From the NCBI GenBank assembly GCA_963836185.1, contig CAWIIQ010000001.1, positions 864,001 to 928,000 on the forward strand: a stretch of 64,000 nt of DNA, written 5' to 3'. The notes below the pieces were generated by a model. It did not search any database and was not told the DNA's origin. It was given only the letters and a program-made list of their open reading frames with translations. This document shows, one piece after another, positions 30,609 to 42,140 of this stretch. Positions within the stretch are counted from its first letter, which is position 1. Every line of letters starts with the position of its first letter. The translations under genes and the position numbers were made by a program. This DNA is from Candidatus Krumholzibacteriia bacterium (GTDB lineage Bacteria; Krumholzibacteriota; Krumholzibacteriia; Krumholzibacteriales; Krumholzibacteriaceae).

Positions 30609-32927
30609 ATGGATATAAGGAAGATACTCGATCCGCATCTCAAAGAGAACGCAGGCAGGCTGTCTCTCACAGTCAGGGGACGGGTCCAGGGTGTTGGGTT
30701 CCGGCCCGCGGTCTACAGAATGGCAGTAGCTGCCGGCCTGGCGGGCTCGGTGAGGAACACGAGACGAGGCGTCGTCATCGAGATAGAAGGAGGACGGGAG
30801 GCTGTCCTTTCGTTCGCCTCGTCGCTCGAGAACGATCTGCCTCCCCTGGCAAGGATCGATTCGCTCGAGGCGGTGAGGATCGATACCGCCGGCGAAGAGG
30901 TGTTCGTCATCGCCCCGAGCGATGAAACGGGCGGGACGGACGCGCTCTATCCCGTCGACACCGCCGTCTGCGCCGACTGCCTTCGCGAGATGAAAGACAA
31001 AAGCGATCCGAGGTACAGGTATCCATTTATCAACTGCACGAACTGCGGGCCGAGATTCACGATAATCGAGGGGCTGCCTTACGACAGGCCCCTTACAACT
31101 ATGAGCGAGTTCGAGATGGACGGATTGTGCGGCGGGCAGTATACCGATCCTGCCGACAGGAGGTTCCACGCCGAGCCGATATCATGTCCCGGGTGCGGGC
31201 CTTCGCTGTCGCTGATCGACGCGGACCGCCTTGTGATACCGGGAGATCCGGTCGATGAGGCGAAACGTCTCATCGCCGCCGGAAAGATACTGGCTGTAAA
31301 GGGCCTCGGGGGATACCACCTCGCCTGTCTTGCATCCAGCGTCGATGCTGTCTCGACACTTCGCGAGCGAAAGAAACGCCCGGCGAAGCCGTTCGCCGTG
31401 ATGTTCCGCAATATCGATACACTGAAGATGTTCTGCAGGGTGGGGGATGTCGAGCGCGGGCTCCTTCTTTCGCCGGAGGCACCGATCGTTCTTCTGAGAA
31501 ACAGGGGAGCCGGCCTGCTCTCCGAAGGGATAGCTCCGGGAAACAGGTTCACCGGGGCGTTCCTGCCATACACTCCGGTGCAGCACCTGATAATGGAGGA
31601 TTTCGAGGCGCTCGTTATGACCTCGGCCAACTTCACCGACGAGCCGCTGATATCGACCGAGGAAGAGCTTGGCGGGATACTCGGAGCGATCGCCGACGCG
31701 GCTCTGGTCAATGACAGGCGGATATCTCACAAGTGCGATGATTCGATATTCTTCGTCCCGGGCGGGACCCCTGTGCCGGTGCGCCGCGCCAGGGGATTCG
31801 TGCCCGAGCCCGTGCCGATAAGTCCCGGCGCCGGGGTCAGCATCCTCGGGCTTGGCGGCCAGGCGAAGGGGACCTTCACGATGACGAAGGGCGACGCCGC
31901 CTTCGTCTCACCCCATCTCGGGGACCTCGGAGACTTCAGGAGCCAGAAGAACTACCGTAGCGAGCTCGTTTCCTTCGAGAAGATGCTCGGGGTATCTCCC
32001 TCTGTCATCGTCAGGGATATGCACCCCGACTACTTTACATCGAGGCTGGCCGGCGTGCTCGGAGCCGAGACGATAATCGAGGTGCAGCATCATCACGCGC
32101 ACGCGGTCAGTGTCATGGCCGAATACGGACTCAGCGAACCGGTCATCGGGATCTCGTTCGATGGCACGGGGTACGGGGGCGACGGGACGTTGTGGGGCGG
32201 CGAGTTCCTGCTGGCGCGTCCGCACGATTTCCGCAGGCTCGCGCATCTGAAGTATGTGCCGCTCCCTGGTGGGGAGAGGGCCGTTATGGAGCCGTGGAGG
32301 ATGGCCCTGATGTACCTTCGTGAGCTCTTCGGAGAGGAAGCGATCAGCAAGGCGCCAGCCGGGCTGAAGCTCGCCGAACTCCCGGCGGAGATAATCATGG
32401 ATATGGCCGGCCGCAACATCAACTCTATCCCGACCTCCAGCGCCGGAAGGCTCTTCGACGCGGTAGCCAGCCTTCTCGGGCTCGGCCTGAAGGTGAGCTA
32501 TGAGGCTCAGGCCGCTATCGCTCTCGAAAGCCTCGCTCTCGAGGCGGGGCCGGGTGAGACGAAGTACAGGTTCGGTCACGGAGAGAACCATCCGATGGAG
32601 ATAGATGCATCTCCGGTGATAGCGGGGATACTCGATGATATCAGCGGCGGGATCGAGCCCGCAGTCATCGCGGCGGCTTTCCACGAGAGCACTGCGGCTA
32701 TGATAGTCGATACGGCAGTAAGGCTTGCCGGCCTCAACGGATGCTCGACAGCCGTCATATCGGGAGGCGTCTTCCAGAACAGGCTCCTGTGCGAGAGGGT
32801 CATCGAACACTCTTCCGGCACGGGGATCGAATTTCTCATGCACAGGACCGTCCCTCCGAACGATGGAGGGGTCTCGCTCGGGCAGGTGCAGATTGCCGCT
32901 GCCAGGATCGCGCGAGGTGCGCTATAA
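30609..32927 (+). CDS. hypF: Carbamoyltransferase HypF
   Basis: GRVQGVGFRP acylphosphatase domain, CxxC zinc fingers, KGLGGYHLAC, QHHHAH and NDGGVSLGQ. Confidence 0.96.
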   Translation: MDIRKILDPHLKENAGRLSLTVRGRVQGVGFRPAVYRMAVAAGLAGSVRNTRRGVVIEIEGGREAVLSFASSLENDLPPLARIDSLEAVRIDTAGEEVFVIAPSDETGGTDALYPVDTAVCADCLREMKDKSDPRYRYPFINCTNCGPRFTIIEGLPYDRPLTTMSEFEMDGLCGGQYTDPADRRFHAEPISCPGCGPSLSLIDADRLVIPGDPVDEAKRLIAAGKILAVKGLGGYHLACLASSVDAVSTLRERKKRPAKPFAVMFRNIDTLKMFCRVGDVERGLLLSPEAPIVLLRNRGAGLLSEGIAPGNRFTGAFLPYTPVQHLIMEDFEALVMTSANFTDEPLISTEEELGGILGAIADAALVNDRRISHKCDDSIFFVPGGTPVPVRRARGFVPEPVPISPGAGVSILGLGGQAKGTFTMTKGDAAFVSPHLGDLGDFRSQKNYRSELVSFEKMLGVSPSVIVRDMHPDYFTSRLAGVLGAETIIEVQHHHAHAVSVMAEYGLSEPVIGISFDGTGYGGDGTLWGGEFLLARPHDFRRLAHLKYVPLPGGERAVMEPWRMALMYLRELFGEEAISKAPAGLKLAELPAEIIMDMAGRNINSIPTSSAGRLFDAVASLLGLGLKVSYEAQAAIALESLALEAGPGETKYRFGHGENHPMEIDASPVIAGILDDISGGIEPAVIAAAFHESTAAMIVDTAVRLAGLNGCSTAVISGGVFQNRLLCERVIEHSSGTGIEFLMHRTVPPNDGGVSLGQVQIAAARIARGAL

Positions 32928-32958
32928 TGCGCCAGGCAGTGAAAGGGGAATCGCGGGA

Positions 32959-33972
32959 ATGAGAAAGCTCGAGGATGACAAGATACTCCTCGCCCACGGC
33001 GGCGGCGGAATAATGATGAAGGAGCTCGTCTCTTTTCTCATAGATGCTGTAGGGGGCCAGAAGGGCGCACTGCAGGACAGCGCCGTATTCGACGCTCCCG
33101 CAGGCCGGATAGCGTTTACTACCGACTCGTTCGTGGTCCACCCGCTTTTTTTCCCCGGGGGTGACATCGGCCACCTCGCCGTCTGCGGAACGGTCAATGA
33201 TCTCGCCGTATGCGGAGCGGTCCCGAAGTTTATCTCGCTCGCGATGATCATAGAAGAGGGTTTTCCAACAGTCGACCTCGAGAGGATCGCCGTATCGATA
33301 AGGGCTGCCGCCGAAGAGGCGGGAGTAACCGTAGTCACGGGCGATACGAAGGTCGTCGACCGGGGGAAGGCAGACGGCATCTTCATAAATACGGCGGGGA
33401 TAGGTATCGTGCCCGAGGGCATCTCCCTCTCGTCCGATTCGGCGGTCGCAGGGGACAGGGTCATTGTAAGCGGCAATATAGGCGATCACGGCCTTGCCAT
33501 ACTGAGTATGCGCGAGGGGATCGATTTCGGGAGCGATCTCGAAAGTGACGCGGCGCCTCTTTCAAAACTCACCGTGCCTCTTCTCGGGAAGTTCGCCGGT
33601 ATCCGGGCGATGCGTGACGCTACACGGGGAGGCCTTGCGGCCGTACTCAACGAGATCGCCGTAGATTCGAACGTATGTGTCCATATCGAAGAAGAACTGG
33701 TGCCGGTCTCCGGATCGGTGAGAAACGGCTGCGAACTGATGGGGTACGATCCGCTTAACATCGCGAACGAGGGGAAGCTCGTTGCTGTCGTCGACCCCGC
33801 CGAGGCGGACGCGGTGCTCTCCGCGATGCGCTCCACCGAACTGGGGGAGAACGCCGCTATAATCGGAAGTGTGACCGCCGGTCCCGAGGGGCGTGTGATC
33901 ATGAAGACGTCGTTCGGCGGAGAGAGGGTCGTCGACCTGCCTTACGGGGACCTCCTGCCCCGTATTTGCTGA
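32959..33972 (+). CDS. hypE: Hydrogenase maturation carbamoyl dehydratase HypE
   Basis: AHGGGG, FTTDSF, GDTKVV and MRDATRGG; C-terminal LPRIC. Confidence 0.96.
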   Translation: MRKLEDDKILLAHGGGGIMMKELVSFLIDAVGGQKGALQDSAVFDAPAGRIAFTTDSFVVHPLFFPGGDIGHLAVCGTVNDLAVCGAVPKFISLAMIIEEGFPTVDLERIAVSIRAAAEEAGVTVVTGDTKVVDRGKADGIFINTAGIGIVPEGISLSSDSAVAGDRVIVSGNIGDHGLAILSMREGIDFGSDLESDAAPLSKLTVPLLGKFAGIRAMRDATRGGLAAVLNEIAVDSNVCVHIEEELVPVSGSVRNGCELMGYDPLNIANEGKLVAVVDPAEADAVLSAMRSTELGENAAIIGSVTAGPEGRVIMKTSFGGERVVDLPYGDLLPRIC

Positions 33973-34025
33973 TCTGGCCGTACATTGTTGCTGAAATCCC
34001 GCAAAAGGTATATCTTGTCAGTACA

Positions 34026-34907
34026 ATGATCGATTATCACATGCACGGCAATTTCTGCGGTCACGCCGAGGGCGAGCTGGAAGAGTATGTCCTCGAGGCT
34101 CTCGGGAAAGGGTTTGTCGAGATAGGCTTCTCCGCCCATCTCCCGAAGGTCGTAGATCCCGATCCATATCACGCCATGCTCGAGAACCGGCTGCCCGATT
34201 ATGTGGGCCTGATCGAGCATCTCCAGATGAAATACCGCGGGAGCATCAATATCAAGGTCGGGATAGAGGCCGATTACTTTCCCGGCCTCGAGGACAAGAC
34301 GAGGGAGCTGCTTTCTAAATACCCCTTTGACTACGTCCTCGGATCGCTGCACTTCCTCGGGGACTGGCACTTCAGCAGCAAGGCGGGACGGCACCGGTAC
34401 GATTCCGAGGACCCGGATGAAGCATTCCCGAGATACTTCGAGCTGCTCGCCGACATGATCCGCAGCGGGCTCTTCGACGTCCTGGCCCATGCCGATGCGC
34501 TTCGAAAGACGACCTTTGAGCCGGGGCCGGGTTCAAGCGAGGATTACAGGCGGCTCGCCGGCCTGCTTGCCAGGCACGGCATGGCGATCGAGGTGAATAC
34601 CGCCGGCCTGCGCAGGGGAGCCGGTTCGATATATCCCGACAGGCTCTTTCTCGAGGCATGTGGAGCGGTAAACGTTCCCGTCACTCTCGGTTCCGACGCC
34701 CACACTCCGGCCGACGTGGGCCGGGACTTCAGGCATGCCTTCAGGCTCCTCGAGGAGGCGGGCATCGAGGATCTGGCGATGTTCGAGGGGCGGAAGATGG
34801 AGCGCAGACCCCTTTCCGAGTTCCAGTCCAGGCCGGCGAGCAGCCGGTTGTACGAGCTGCTGTCGGGCGAAGGCGGGCCCGGAAGGAGCGGGGCGTCTGG
34901 AACCTGA
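34026..34907 (+). CDS. PHP-family histidinol-phosphatase (HisJ family)
   Basis: DYHMH..CGHA, GIEADY, GSLH, AH.D and GSDAH motifs. Confidence 0.88.
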   Translation: MIDYHMHGNFCGHAEGELEEYVLEALGKGFVEIGFSAHLPKVVDPDPYHAMLENRLPDYVGLIEHLQMKYRGSINIKVGIEADYFPGLEDKTRELLSKYPFDYVLGSLHFLGDWHFSSKAGRHRYDSEDPDEAFPRYFELLADMIRSGLFDVLAHADALRKTTFEPGPGSSEDYRRLAGLLARHGMAIEVNTAGLRRGAGSIYPDRLFLEACGAVNVPVTLGSDAHTPADVGRDFRHAFRLLEEAGIEDLAMFEGRKMERRPLSEFQSRPASSRLYELLSGEGGPGRSGASGT

Positions 34908-34913
34908 AGAATC

Positions 34914-34942
34914 TTGACACTCCATCTGCCAGAGGGTATGTT
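34914..34942 (+). promoter_or_regulatory. Sigma70 promoter of guaB
   Basis: TTGACA-17 nt-TATGTT. Confidence 0.55.
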
Positions 34943-35040
34943 CCTGTCAATACAGGACCTTCATATATAAATATACGGGCTGACAGGCGATACAAGGTTC
35001 GAGAGGAGGAAGAGGGAGCGGCATCGCTCCTTCGGCGTAA

Positions 35041-36507
<1,467 letters not shown>

Positions 36508-36535
36508 TATCGATAAAAGTGCACCGGGGGCACCA

Positions 36536-37237
36536 TTGAACGCGCCACTTCAGTCAGACAGATATTTCGAGATGCTCGAGACAGCGGCGAGGCACAGAGG
36601 GATCGACCTTTTCGGCACCGCTCTGATAGACAAAGAGCAGAGACTCCGGTTCCATGAATCGATCGTCGAGATCGCGAAATCTCTTCCATACGCGGTCTCG
36701 ATGGGGATGAGGCTCTCATACCCGGTGCTGCAGACTGTTCTGACCGCTCCCACATGGACATACAATTACCATTACAGACAGATCAACATCGCCCTGGACC
36801 AGACGGCGCTGTTTATCGCCGGGGAGATCCAGAGGGCGGGATTCTCGGCCCTTCCGATTCCCGCCTCGCAGATACTGGACTGGGAAAAACTGAGGGCCCA
36901 TCTCTCGCACCGGGAGATCGCCGGGCTGGCGGGCCTGGGCTGGATGGGGCGCAACAACCTGCTTGTCACCCCGCGTTTCGGCTCTCAGGTGAGGCTTGTA
37001 ACGATCCTTACCGACATGGAACTTCCGGCCCGGAGCGGGGATGATGCAGGTGGGGATTGCGGAACATGCCGGGCATGCGTTAAGATGTGTCCGGTCGAGG
37101 CGATCGATGACGATCCGGAAAATTTCAACCTCGACAGCTGCGCCGCCCAGTTGAGGCGCTTCTCGAAATCAGAGAAGATCAATACGATGATATGCGGCCT
37201 GTGCATCAAAGTCTGCCGCGGACGGAAAGACGGATAA
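36536..37237 (+). CDS. Epoxyqueuosine reductase/reductive dehalogenase-like Fe-S protein
   Basis: HLSH..AGLG..GRNNLL.TP.FG..RL; CGTCRACVKMCP and CGLCIKVC. Confidence 0.8.
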   Translation: MNAPLQSDRYFEMLETAARHRGIDLFGTALIDKEQRLRFHESIVEIAKSLPYAVSMGMRLSYPVLQTVLTAPTWTYNYHYRQINIALDQTALFIAGEIQRAGFSALPIPASQILDWEKLRAHLSHREIAGLAGLGWMGRNNLLVTPRFGSQVRLVTILTDMELPARSGDDAGGDCGTCRACVKMCPVEAIDDDPENFNLDSCAAQLRRFSKSEKINTMICGLCIKVCRGRKDG

Positions 37238-38142
37238 TGGCAAAGACGCTCGAGAGGATAAACCAGGCGGTGTGGGAGCTCAAAGAGCAGGTACGCCTCA
37301 ATCCTGAGATATACGATTACAGGAAGGACATGCTCGACTTCTGGACCGACAGCAGGATCTTCACCGAGAGGCGCGAAGGGGTGCCGGAGCCGCAGAGAAG
37401 TTTCCTGATGATGCAGAAAAAGGAGTCGGTGGGCGTCCTTCTCATCCATGGCGCGGGAGGTTCTCCAGAGGAGATGCGCCCGATGGCCGAGTATCTTTTC
37501 AGGCAGGGATTCACCGTGCTGGGCATAAGGCTTCCCCTCGACCCGAACTACTCTGACACAGGATTCGTGGAGTATACCAGGGCCATCTTCAGCAAGAGCG
37601 GAGGGAAGCGGGGCAACGGCCGCGGAGTCAACGGAAACGGATCCTGGAGCGCATGCCTGGCGCAGGCGGAAGTCGCTCTCGATACTCTTCTTGCCTACTC
37701 TCCCGATTCGTACGTGGCGGGATTCAGCTTCGGCGGGACGTTAGCGCTGAATCTCATGCAGAAGTTTCCCGTCAAGGGGACGATCCTCTTGTCTCCGGGT
37801 CTCTTTCCGATGAGCGGGACTCGTTTCGCCATGTTCTGGACCGCCCGGCGGTTCATGCCGGGGCTGACGAAGAAGGCCATGCCGGTCCGCTGCATGATGC
37901 TCGATATGATCGAGAGGACCCGTTCGAACATCGGGTCGGGGCCTATCGATAACCCGATCCTCGTGATACAGGCTGCCGACGATCCGGTCATCTCCGCCAG
38001 GGGATACCAGTTCCTTCAGAAGAGGTCGTCGAGTCCGAGGTCGAAGTTCATCCTTCTTTCAGGTGGAGGCCACGTCATAATCGGAGGCGAAGGCGCCGCT
38101 AAGGTCTTCGGCTATTGCGGAGATTTTATCAAGGGCATCTAG
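37237..38142 (+). CDS. Alpha/beta hydrolase (carboxylesterase-like)
   Basis: LLIHG, GFSFGG nucleophile elbow, DDPV and GGH. Confidence 0.82.
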   Translation: MAKTLERINQAVWELKEQVRLNPEIYDYRKDMLDFWTDSRIFTERREGVPEPQRSFLMMQKKESVGVLLIHGAGGSPEEMRPMAEYLFRQGFTVLGIRLPLDPNYSDTGFVEYTRAIFSKSGGKRGNGRGVNGNGSWSACLAQAEVALDTLLAYSPDSYVAGFSFGGTLALNLMQKFPVKGTILLSPGLFPMSGTRFAMFWTARRFMPGLTKKAMPVRCMMLDMIERTRSNIGSGPIDNPILVIQAADDPVISARGYQFLQKRSSSPRSKFILLSGGGHVIIGGEGAAKVFGYCGDFIKGI

Positions 38143-38918
38143 CGGATATCGGCGGCGATCGGATCGAAAGAGAAAGATGGATCGGATTTTTTCAACTCCA
38201 TGGCAGCTGACCTGAGCTTTTTCCTCTCCTCATGCCCTCCCGATCTGCGGTATGCGTTCCATGCGTCGAGAAAGCCGTCGTAAAGGGCCGCGACCTCATT
38301 TTTCCTGTCCTCATCCATAACGTTTCGCTCGAGATGGAACATCTCGCCATCACTGATACGCGGGATCATGTTGAGGCAGGATGACCTCATCGATGAGATG
38401 ATACCTACATATTGCTCGAATCCGCGGGAGAGCTTTTCCATCACATCGCCGATCGCTGTCGGCCGTCTGAATGTCTCTGCCGCCGAGGCCCAGGCGAGCC
38501 TGTAGTATGCAGCCCCCCGGCCGATCCACACCTCCCTTGTCCGGGCCATGTGTGAGGCTGACCCCGGCCTGCGTCCCTCCGGATTATCGAAGACTCCAAG
38601 CCTGAGAAGCAGATCGTCGGCGTTGGCCCGGTAGATAGTGAACCGCTTGCGCGGGTCCATCTCCCGGCTCATGGTCTCGAATAGGGGGATGTCGTATCTG
38701 ACTATCGCCGCGGATGTCGAGTCTGCACGGCGGCCGTAGATATTTGATGTGAGAAGCCCGGCGAGGTAGACATTGACGTCCTCATCGAAGAATTCATCGT
38801 TTGAGGGGAAATCGCTCTCTTTCCTGCACTCAAGCAGGTTGTCGATCATGTAGAAATAGGCGGGAGAAGGACTTGTTCCTCCGCTTCCTACCGGCCTCCA
38901 GGCTGTTGAAGACTCCAT
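38139..38918 (-). CDS. Hypothetical protein
   Basis: Intact ORF; GGAG RBS before ATG 38918; sigma54-like promoter upstream. Confidence 0.75.
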   Translation of the reverse strand: MESSTAWRPVGSGGTSPSPAYFYMIDNLLECRKESDFPSNDEFFDEDVNVYLAGLLTSNIYGRRADSTSAAIVRYDIPLFETMSREMDPRKRFTIYRANADDLLLRLGVFDNPEGRRPGSASHMARTREVWIGRGAAYYRLAWASAAETFRRPTAIGDVMEKLSRGFEQYVGIISSMRSSCLNMIPRISDGEMFHLERNVMDEDRKNEVAALYDGFLDAWNAYRRSGGHEERKKLRSAAMELKKSDPSFSFDPIAADIR

Positions 38919-38971
38919 GATGCCTCTCCGTTGCTTTTTTGACGTTGTCATCCGGCGCAGGAGGGCGAAAT

Positions 38972-38987
38972 TGCAAGGTCTATGCCA
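38972..38987 (-). promoter_or_regulatory. Sigma54 (-24/-12) promoter
   Basis: Minus strand TGGCAT-AGACC-TTGCA. Confidence 0.65.
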
Positions 38988-39111
38988 TGGAAAATTCAGA
39001 TAAATCTTATAAGAGGAAAAACTGTTTATTTTTCAGGGGAGACTCTGATATACTGCCTCGAAAGTGTGATTTCGGCTCTTTCCATCGTACCCATCCTTCC
39101 AGGGGGAGCAA

Positions 39112-39921
39112 ATGAGAGTAGGATTCCTTCAGCTCCGCGTCAAGTTTGGGGAAGTCAAAAAGAACGTAAAGAAAGCAGTTACCCTGCTTGGAAAGGTTGA
39201 GGACGCGACCATCGTCCTGCCCGAGCTGTTCAACACGGGTTACCTTTTCAAGAATCAGAGGGAACTGAACTCGCTGGCCGAACCTGTCCTGAAGGGTTAT
39301 ACGGTCTCCGAGATGAAGAAGGTCGCGAAAAAGCGCAATCTGCACCTGATATTCGGGATGGCCGAGAAAAAGGCCAGGTCCATCTACAATTCCGCCGTTT
39401 TCATCTCGCCTAAGGGCAAGGTCGAGGTCTATCAGAAGGTGCACCTGTTCGACCGTGAGAAGCTCTTCTTCACGCCGGGGAAGGCTCTCAAGACGGTCAG
39501 CACACCTGAGGCAAAGATCGGCGTAATGGTCTGTTTTGACTGGATCATGCCCGAGGTCGCCCGCTCGCTCGCTCTCAAGGGAGCCGGGATCATCGCTCAC
39601 CCGGCGAACCTCGTGCTGCCGTGGGGGCAGGAGGCGATGAAGCTCAGGTGTATCGAGAACAGGGTCTTCGGAATAACAGCCAACAGGATAGGCACCGAAA
39701 GGCGCGGCACGCTCAACCTTACATTCACGGGCGGGAGCCAGATAATCAGCCCCGCGGGTGAAGTGCTCGTCTTCGCTGGTGACCGAAGTGAATCGCTCAA
39801 GGTGATCGATATAGATGTCGCCGAGGCCGAAGATAAGCACGTTACTCCAGCGAACGATATATTCGCTGACAGGTTCCCCGGCCTTTATTCGCAGATCACG
39901 TCGAAAGCGAAGAGAAAATAG
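39112..39921 (+). CDS. Carbon-nitrogen hydrolase (nitrilase family)
   Basis: LPELF, YQKVHL and VCFDW catalytic E-K-C triad. Confidence 0.92.
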   Translation: MRVGFLQLRVKFGEVKKNVKKAVTLLGKVEDATIVLPELFNTGYLFKNQRELNSLAEPVLKGYTVSEMKKVAKKRNLHLIFGMAEKKARSIYNSAVFISPKGKVEVYQKVHLFDREKLFFTPGKALKTVSTPEAKIGVMVCFDWIMPEVARSLALKGAGIIAHPANLVLPWGQEAMKLRCIENRVFGITANRIGTERRGTLNLTFTGGSQIISPAGEVLVFAGDRSESLKVIDIDVAEAEDKHVTPANDIFADRFPGLYSQITSKAKRK

Positions 39922-40052
39922 CCTGAGCGCTCTTCCGCGCTTTCTTGCAAATCGCACTCTAAACGGGCAAATCGGTCCTCTCCGTCCTTTGCACGCCCTT
40001 TCTATTCCCAGTTATTTCCAGTAAATACGCCGGATTTCCGTAATCCAAGCAT

Positions 40053-40068
40053 TGGCATAATCTTTGCG
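40053..40068 (+). promoter_or_regulatory. Sigma54 (-24/-12) promoter
   Basis: TGGCAT-AATCT-TTGCG upstream of the MCP-like gene. Confidence 0.6.
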
Positions 40069-40161
40069 GATTCGGCGAGGGAACGGAAACGACTTTGAGA
40101 ACGACTGCGCTCAATGCGGGAGTCGGACAGCCAGTTTTTTATCTGTGCGAAGGAGATAGAA

Positions 40162-42135
40162 GTGGGAAAGCGAAAGCGAAACAGGAAACCCGTGCTTACC
40201 TCTCCGTGGAAGATCGGTACCCTGGTGGCGCTCATGCTCACCGTGACCAGTTTCGGTGTCGGTTATTACATGGTCAAAATGTACAACATCGAACTCTACT
40301 GGCTCAGCTCGGATGTCAGCAAATGGGTCGTCGACTCTTATGAGTTCTTCAGGGAGATCTATCCGGCAGCGGCCGGAGTAGTGCTTCTCGCACTCTTTAC
40401 CTACTTCGTCATCGCTTCCGCTGTGCGCAGATACAAGTACTACCTCAATTCCGGACAGGACTACCGGAAGATGATCTCTCTGGCTGACAGCGTAGACGAT
40501 CTGACCAATCCGGCACAGATAGCGAGGCTTTCCGAGTACCCGGAGCTTCAGGATGTCCTCAGAAACTACGGGGACCAGATCCGCGAGATCTCGGAGAGTA
40601 TGGAGGTCCGTGAGGAAGAGATAAGGTCGGTCGATCTCGAGGTCGAGATCGATTCGATACTGGGCGGCAGAGGGATCAACGAGACGCTTGTCGAAGGCAA
40701 GTGGTGGGCCCCGGTCGCGAAAAAGGTCGAAGCGTATGTCGAAGAGAACTCGGGCGGTACGGAAGAGCTGAAAAGACAGTCGGAGGCTGCCAGGCACGCC
40801 GCCGGCAGAGCTTCCCTTTCCTGCGGCAAGGTGATCGAGACCGCATCGGGCGCGAGCGAAGACATACTCGATATAGTCAGTTCAGTCGAGCTGCTCAATG
40901 CAGCCTCTGATGCGCTCGGTTCGGGCGGATCCGGCGATGGAGCCGATGCCGGTTCAGCCTCGGATGCGATCACGGCGATAGAGAATGCAGCCGCCACACT
41001 GGAAGAGAGGGGCGCGGCGATACACGAGCTCACCGAGGAAAGCAACGGCCTCGCTCTGAATATGGCGCTGATGGCTGCCAGGGGCGATGCAAACGAGAAG
41101 GATCTGGCGCAGCTGGCTGAGAAGGTCAGGTCATCGGCAGAGAGATTCGGCAAGCTCGGCAGAGAACTCGAGAGTCTGGCGAGGACCATTGCCGACAACA
41201 GCAGAAACGCAAAATCAACGGCAGGTGACACGTCTGTCGCCGCTGTTTCCCCCGATGCCTGTCGTGGTATCCAGGAGATATCTGAAAAGATCGAAACACG
41301 AAGCAGGGCCCTTCAGCAGAAGATGGCGGACCTTGGCAACGACATAGATGAGATAAACAGGGCACTTAATTCGGGACCGGAAGAGGCCCCGGAAGACCGT
41401 ATTCGCGCTTCGGACGGTTCGATCGTGAATTTCGGCTCCGATGCAGAAGATTCGGACGAGAAGCAGGTCGAGATCGATGAATCCGAACTCGTTATCGATC
41501 ATGGAAAGATCTGGGATGACTCAGAAGAGGTTTCCGCGGAGGCTGAAGAAGAGAGCGATGACAGCGGGGACCTGCTCATATCGGGATTCCAGGAGGCGAT
41601 GGGCGCCATGCAGACCGATTCCGGGCAGCCGGAGGAGGCCGACGTTACAGAGGATGAGCCTGAAGTAGAAGAGGTCCTGCAGTCAGAAGAAGAGATTTTC
41701 ATGCAGGCGGAAGAGGCTCCTGAAGAGGCCCCTGAAGAGATCCACGAAGAGATACATGAAGAGATAGTCGAAGAAACTGCCGAAGAGATCATCGAAGAAA
41801 CTGCCGAAGAGATCGTCGATGAAGTGATAGAAGAAATCGTGGAGGAAGCACAGGCTGAAGAGCCGGTCGATGTGGTGGATGAGTTGTTTGAGAGTGCCCC
41901 GGCAGTTGAAGAAAACTGGGATGACATGCAGGCGGAGGCGGCACCTGAAGCGGAGATCGCTCCGGTCGATGAAAAGCCTGTAGTCGAGCCCGAGATAGTC
42001 ATGGAGCCACAGGCTCATGAACCGGCGGCCGTCGCGAAGGATGAGGTCGTGCCTGAGGTCGATGAAGAGCCTGTATACGACCTGTTTGAACTCGGAGCAG
42101 TCGAGTACGTGAATGAGACAGAAGTAAATCTGTGA
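40162..42135 (+). CDS. Atypical methyl-accepting chemotaxis-like protein with long acidic tail
   Basis: Two TM segments; SNGLALNMALMAARG..LAEKVR is a divergent MCP hairpin; Glu-rich C-terminus; GTG after AAGGAG. Confidence 0.7.
   Translation: MGKRKRNRKPVLTSPWKIGTLVALMLTVTSFGVGYYMVKMYNIELYWLSSDVSKWVVDSYEFFREIYPAAAGVVLLALFTYFVIASAVRRYKYYLNSGQDYRKMISLADSVDDLTNPAQIARLSEYPELQDVLRNYGDQIREISESMEVREEEIRSVDLEVEIDSILGGRGINETLVEGKWWAPVAKKVEAYVEENSGGTEELKRQSEAARHAAGRASLSCGKVIETASGASEDILDIVSSVELLNAASDALGSGGSGDGADAGSASDAITAIENAAATLEERGAAIHELTEESNGLALNMALMAARGDANEKDLAQLAEKVRSSAERFGKLGRELESLARTIADNSRNAKSTAGDTSVAAVSPDACRGIQEISEKIETRSRALQQKMADLGNDIDEINRALNSGPEEAPEDRIRASDGSIVNFGSDAEDSDEKQVEIDESELVIDHGKIWDDSEEVSAEAEEESDDSGDLLISGFQEAMGAMQTDSGQPEEADVTEDEPEVEEVLQSEEEIFMQAEEAPEEAPEEIHEEIHEEIVEETAEEIIEETAEEIVDEVIEEIVEEAQAEEPVDVVDELFESAPAVEENWDDMQAEAAPEAEIAPVDEKPVVEPEIVMEPQAHEPAAVAKDEVVPEVDEEPVYDLFELGAVEYVNETEVNL
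41710..41853 (+). repeat. Imperfect 12-bp tandem repeat (about 12 units, EExx)
   Basis: GAAGAGGCTCCT GAAGAGGCCCCT GAAGAGATCCAC GAAGAGATACAT ... encoding EEAP EEAP EEIH EEIH EEIV EETA EEII EETA EEIV. Confidence 0.8.
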
Positions 42136-42140
42136 GGTGA

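Noticed and set aside
41710-41853. Possible CRISPR array
   Set aside because: In-frame 12-bp coding repeat with no spacers and no cas genes
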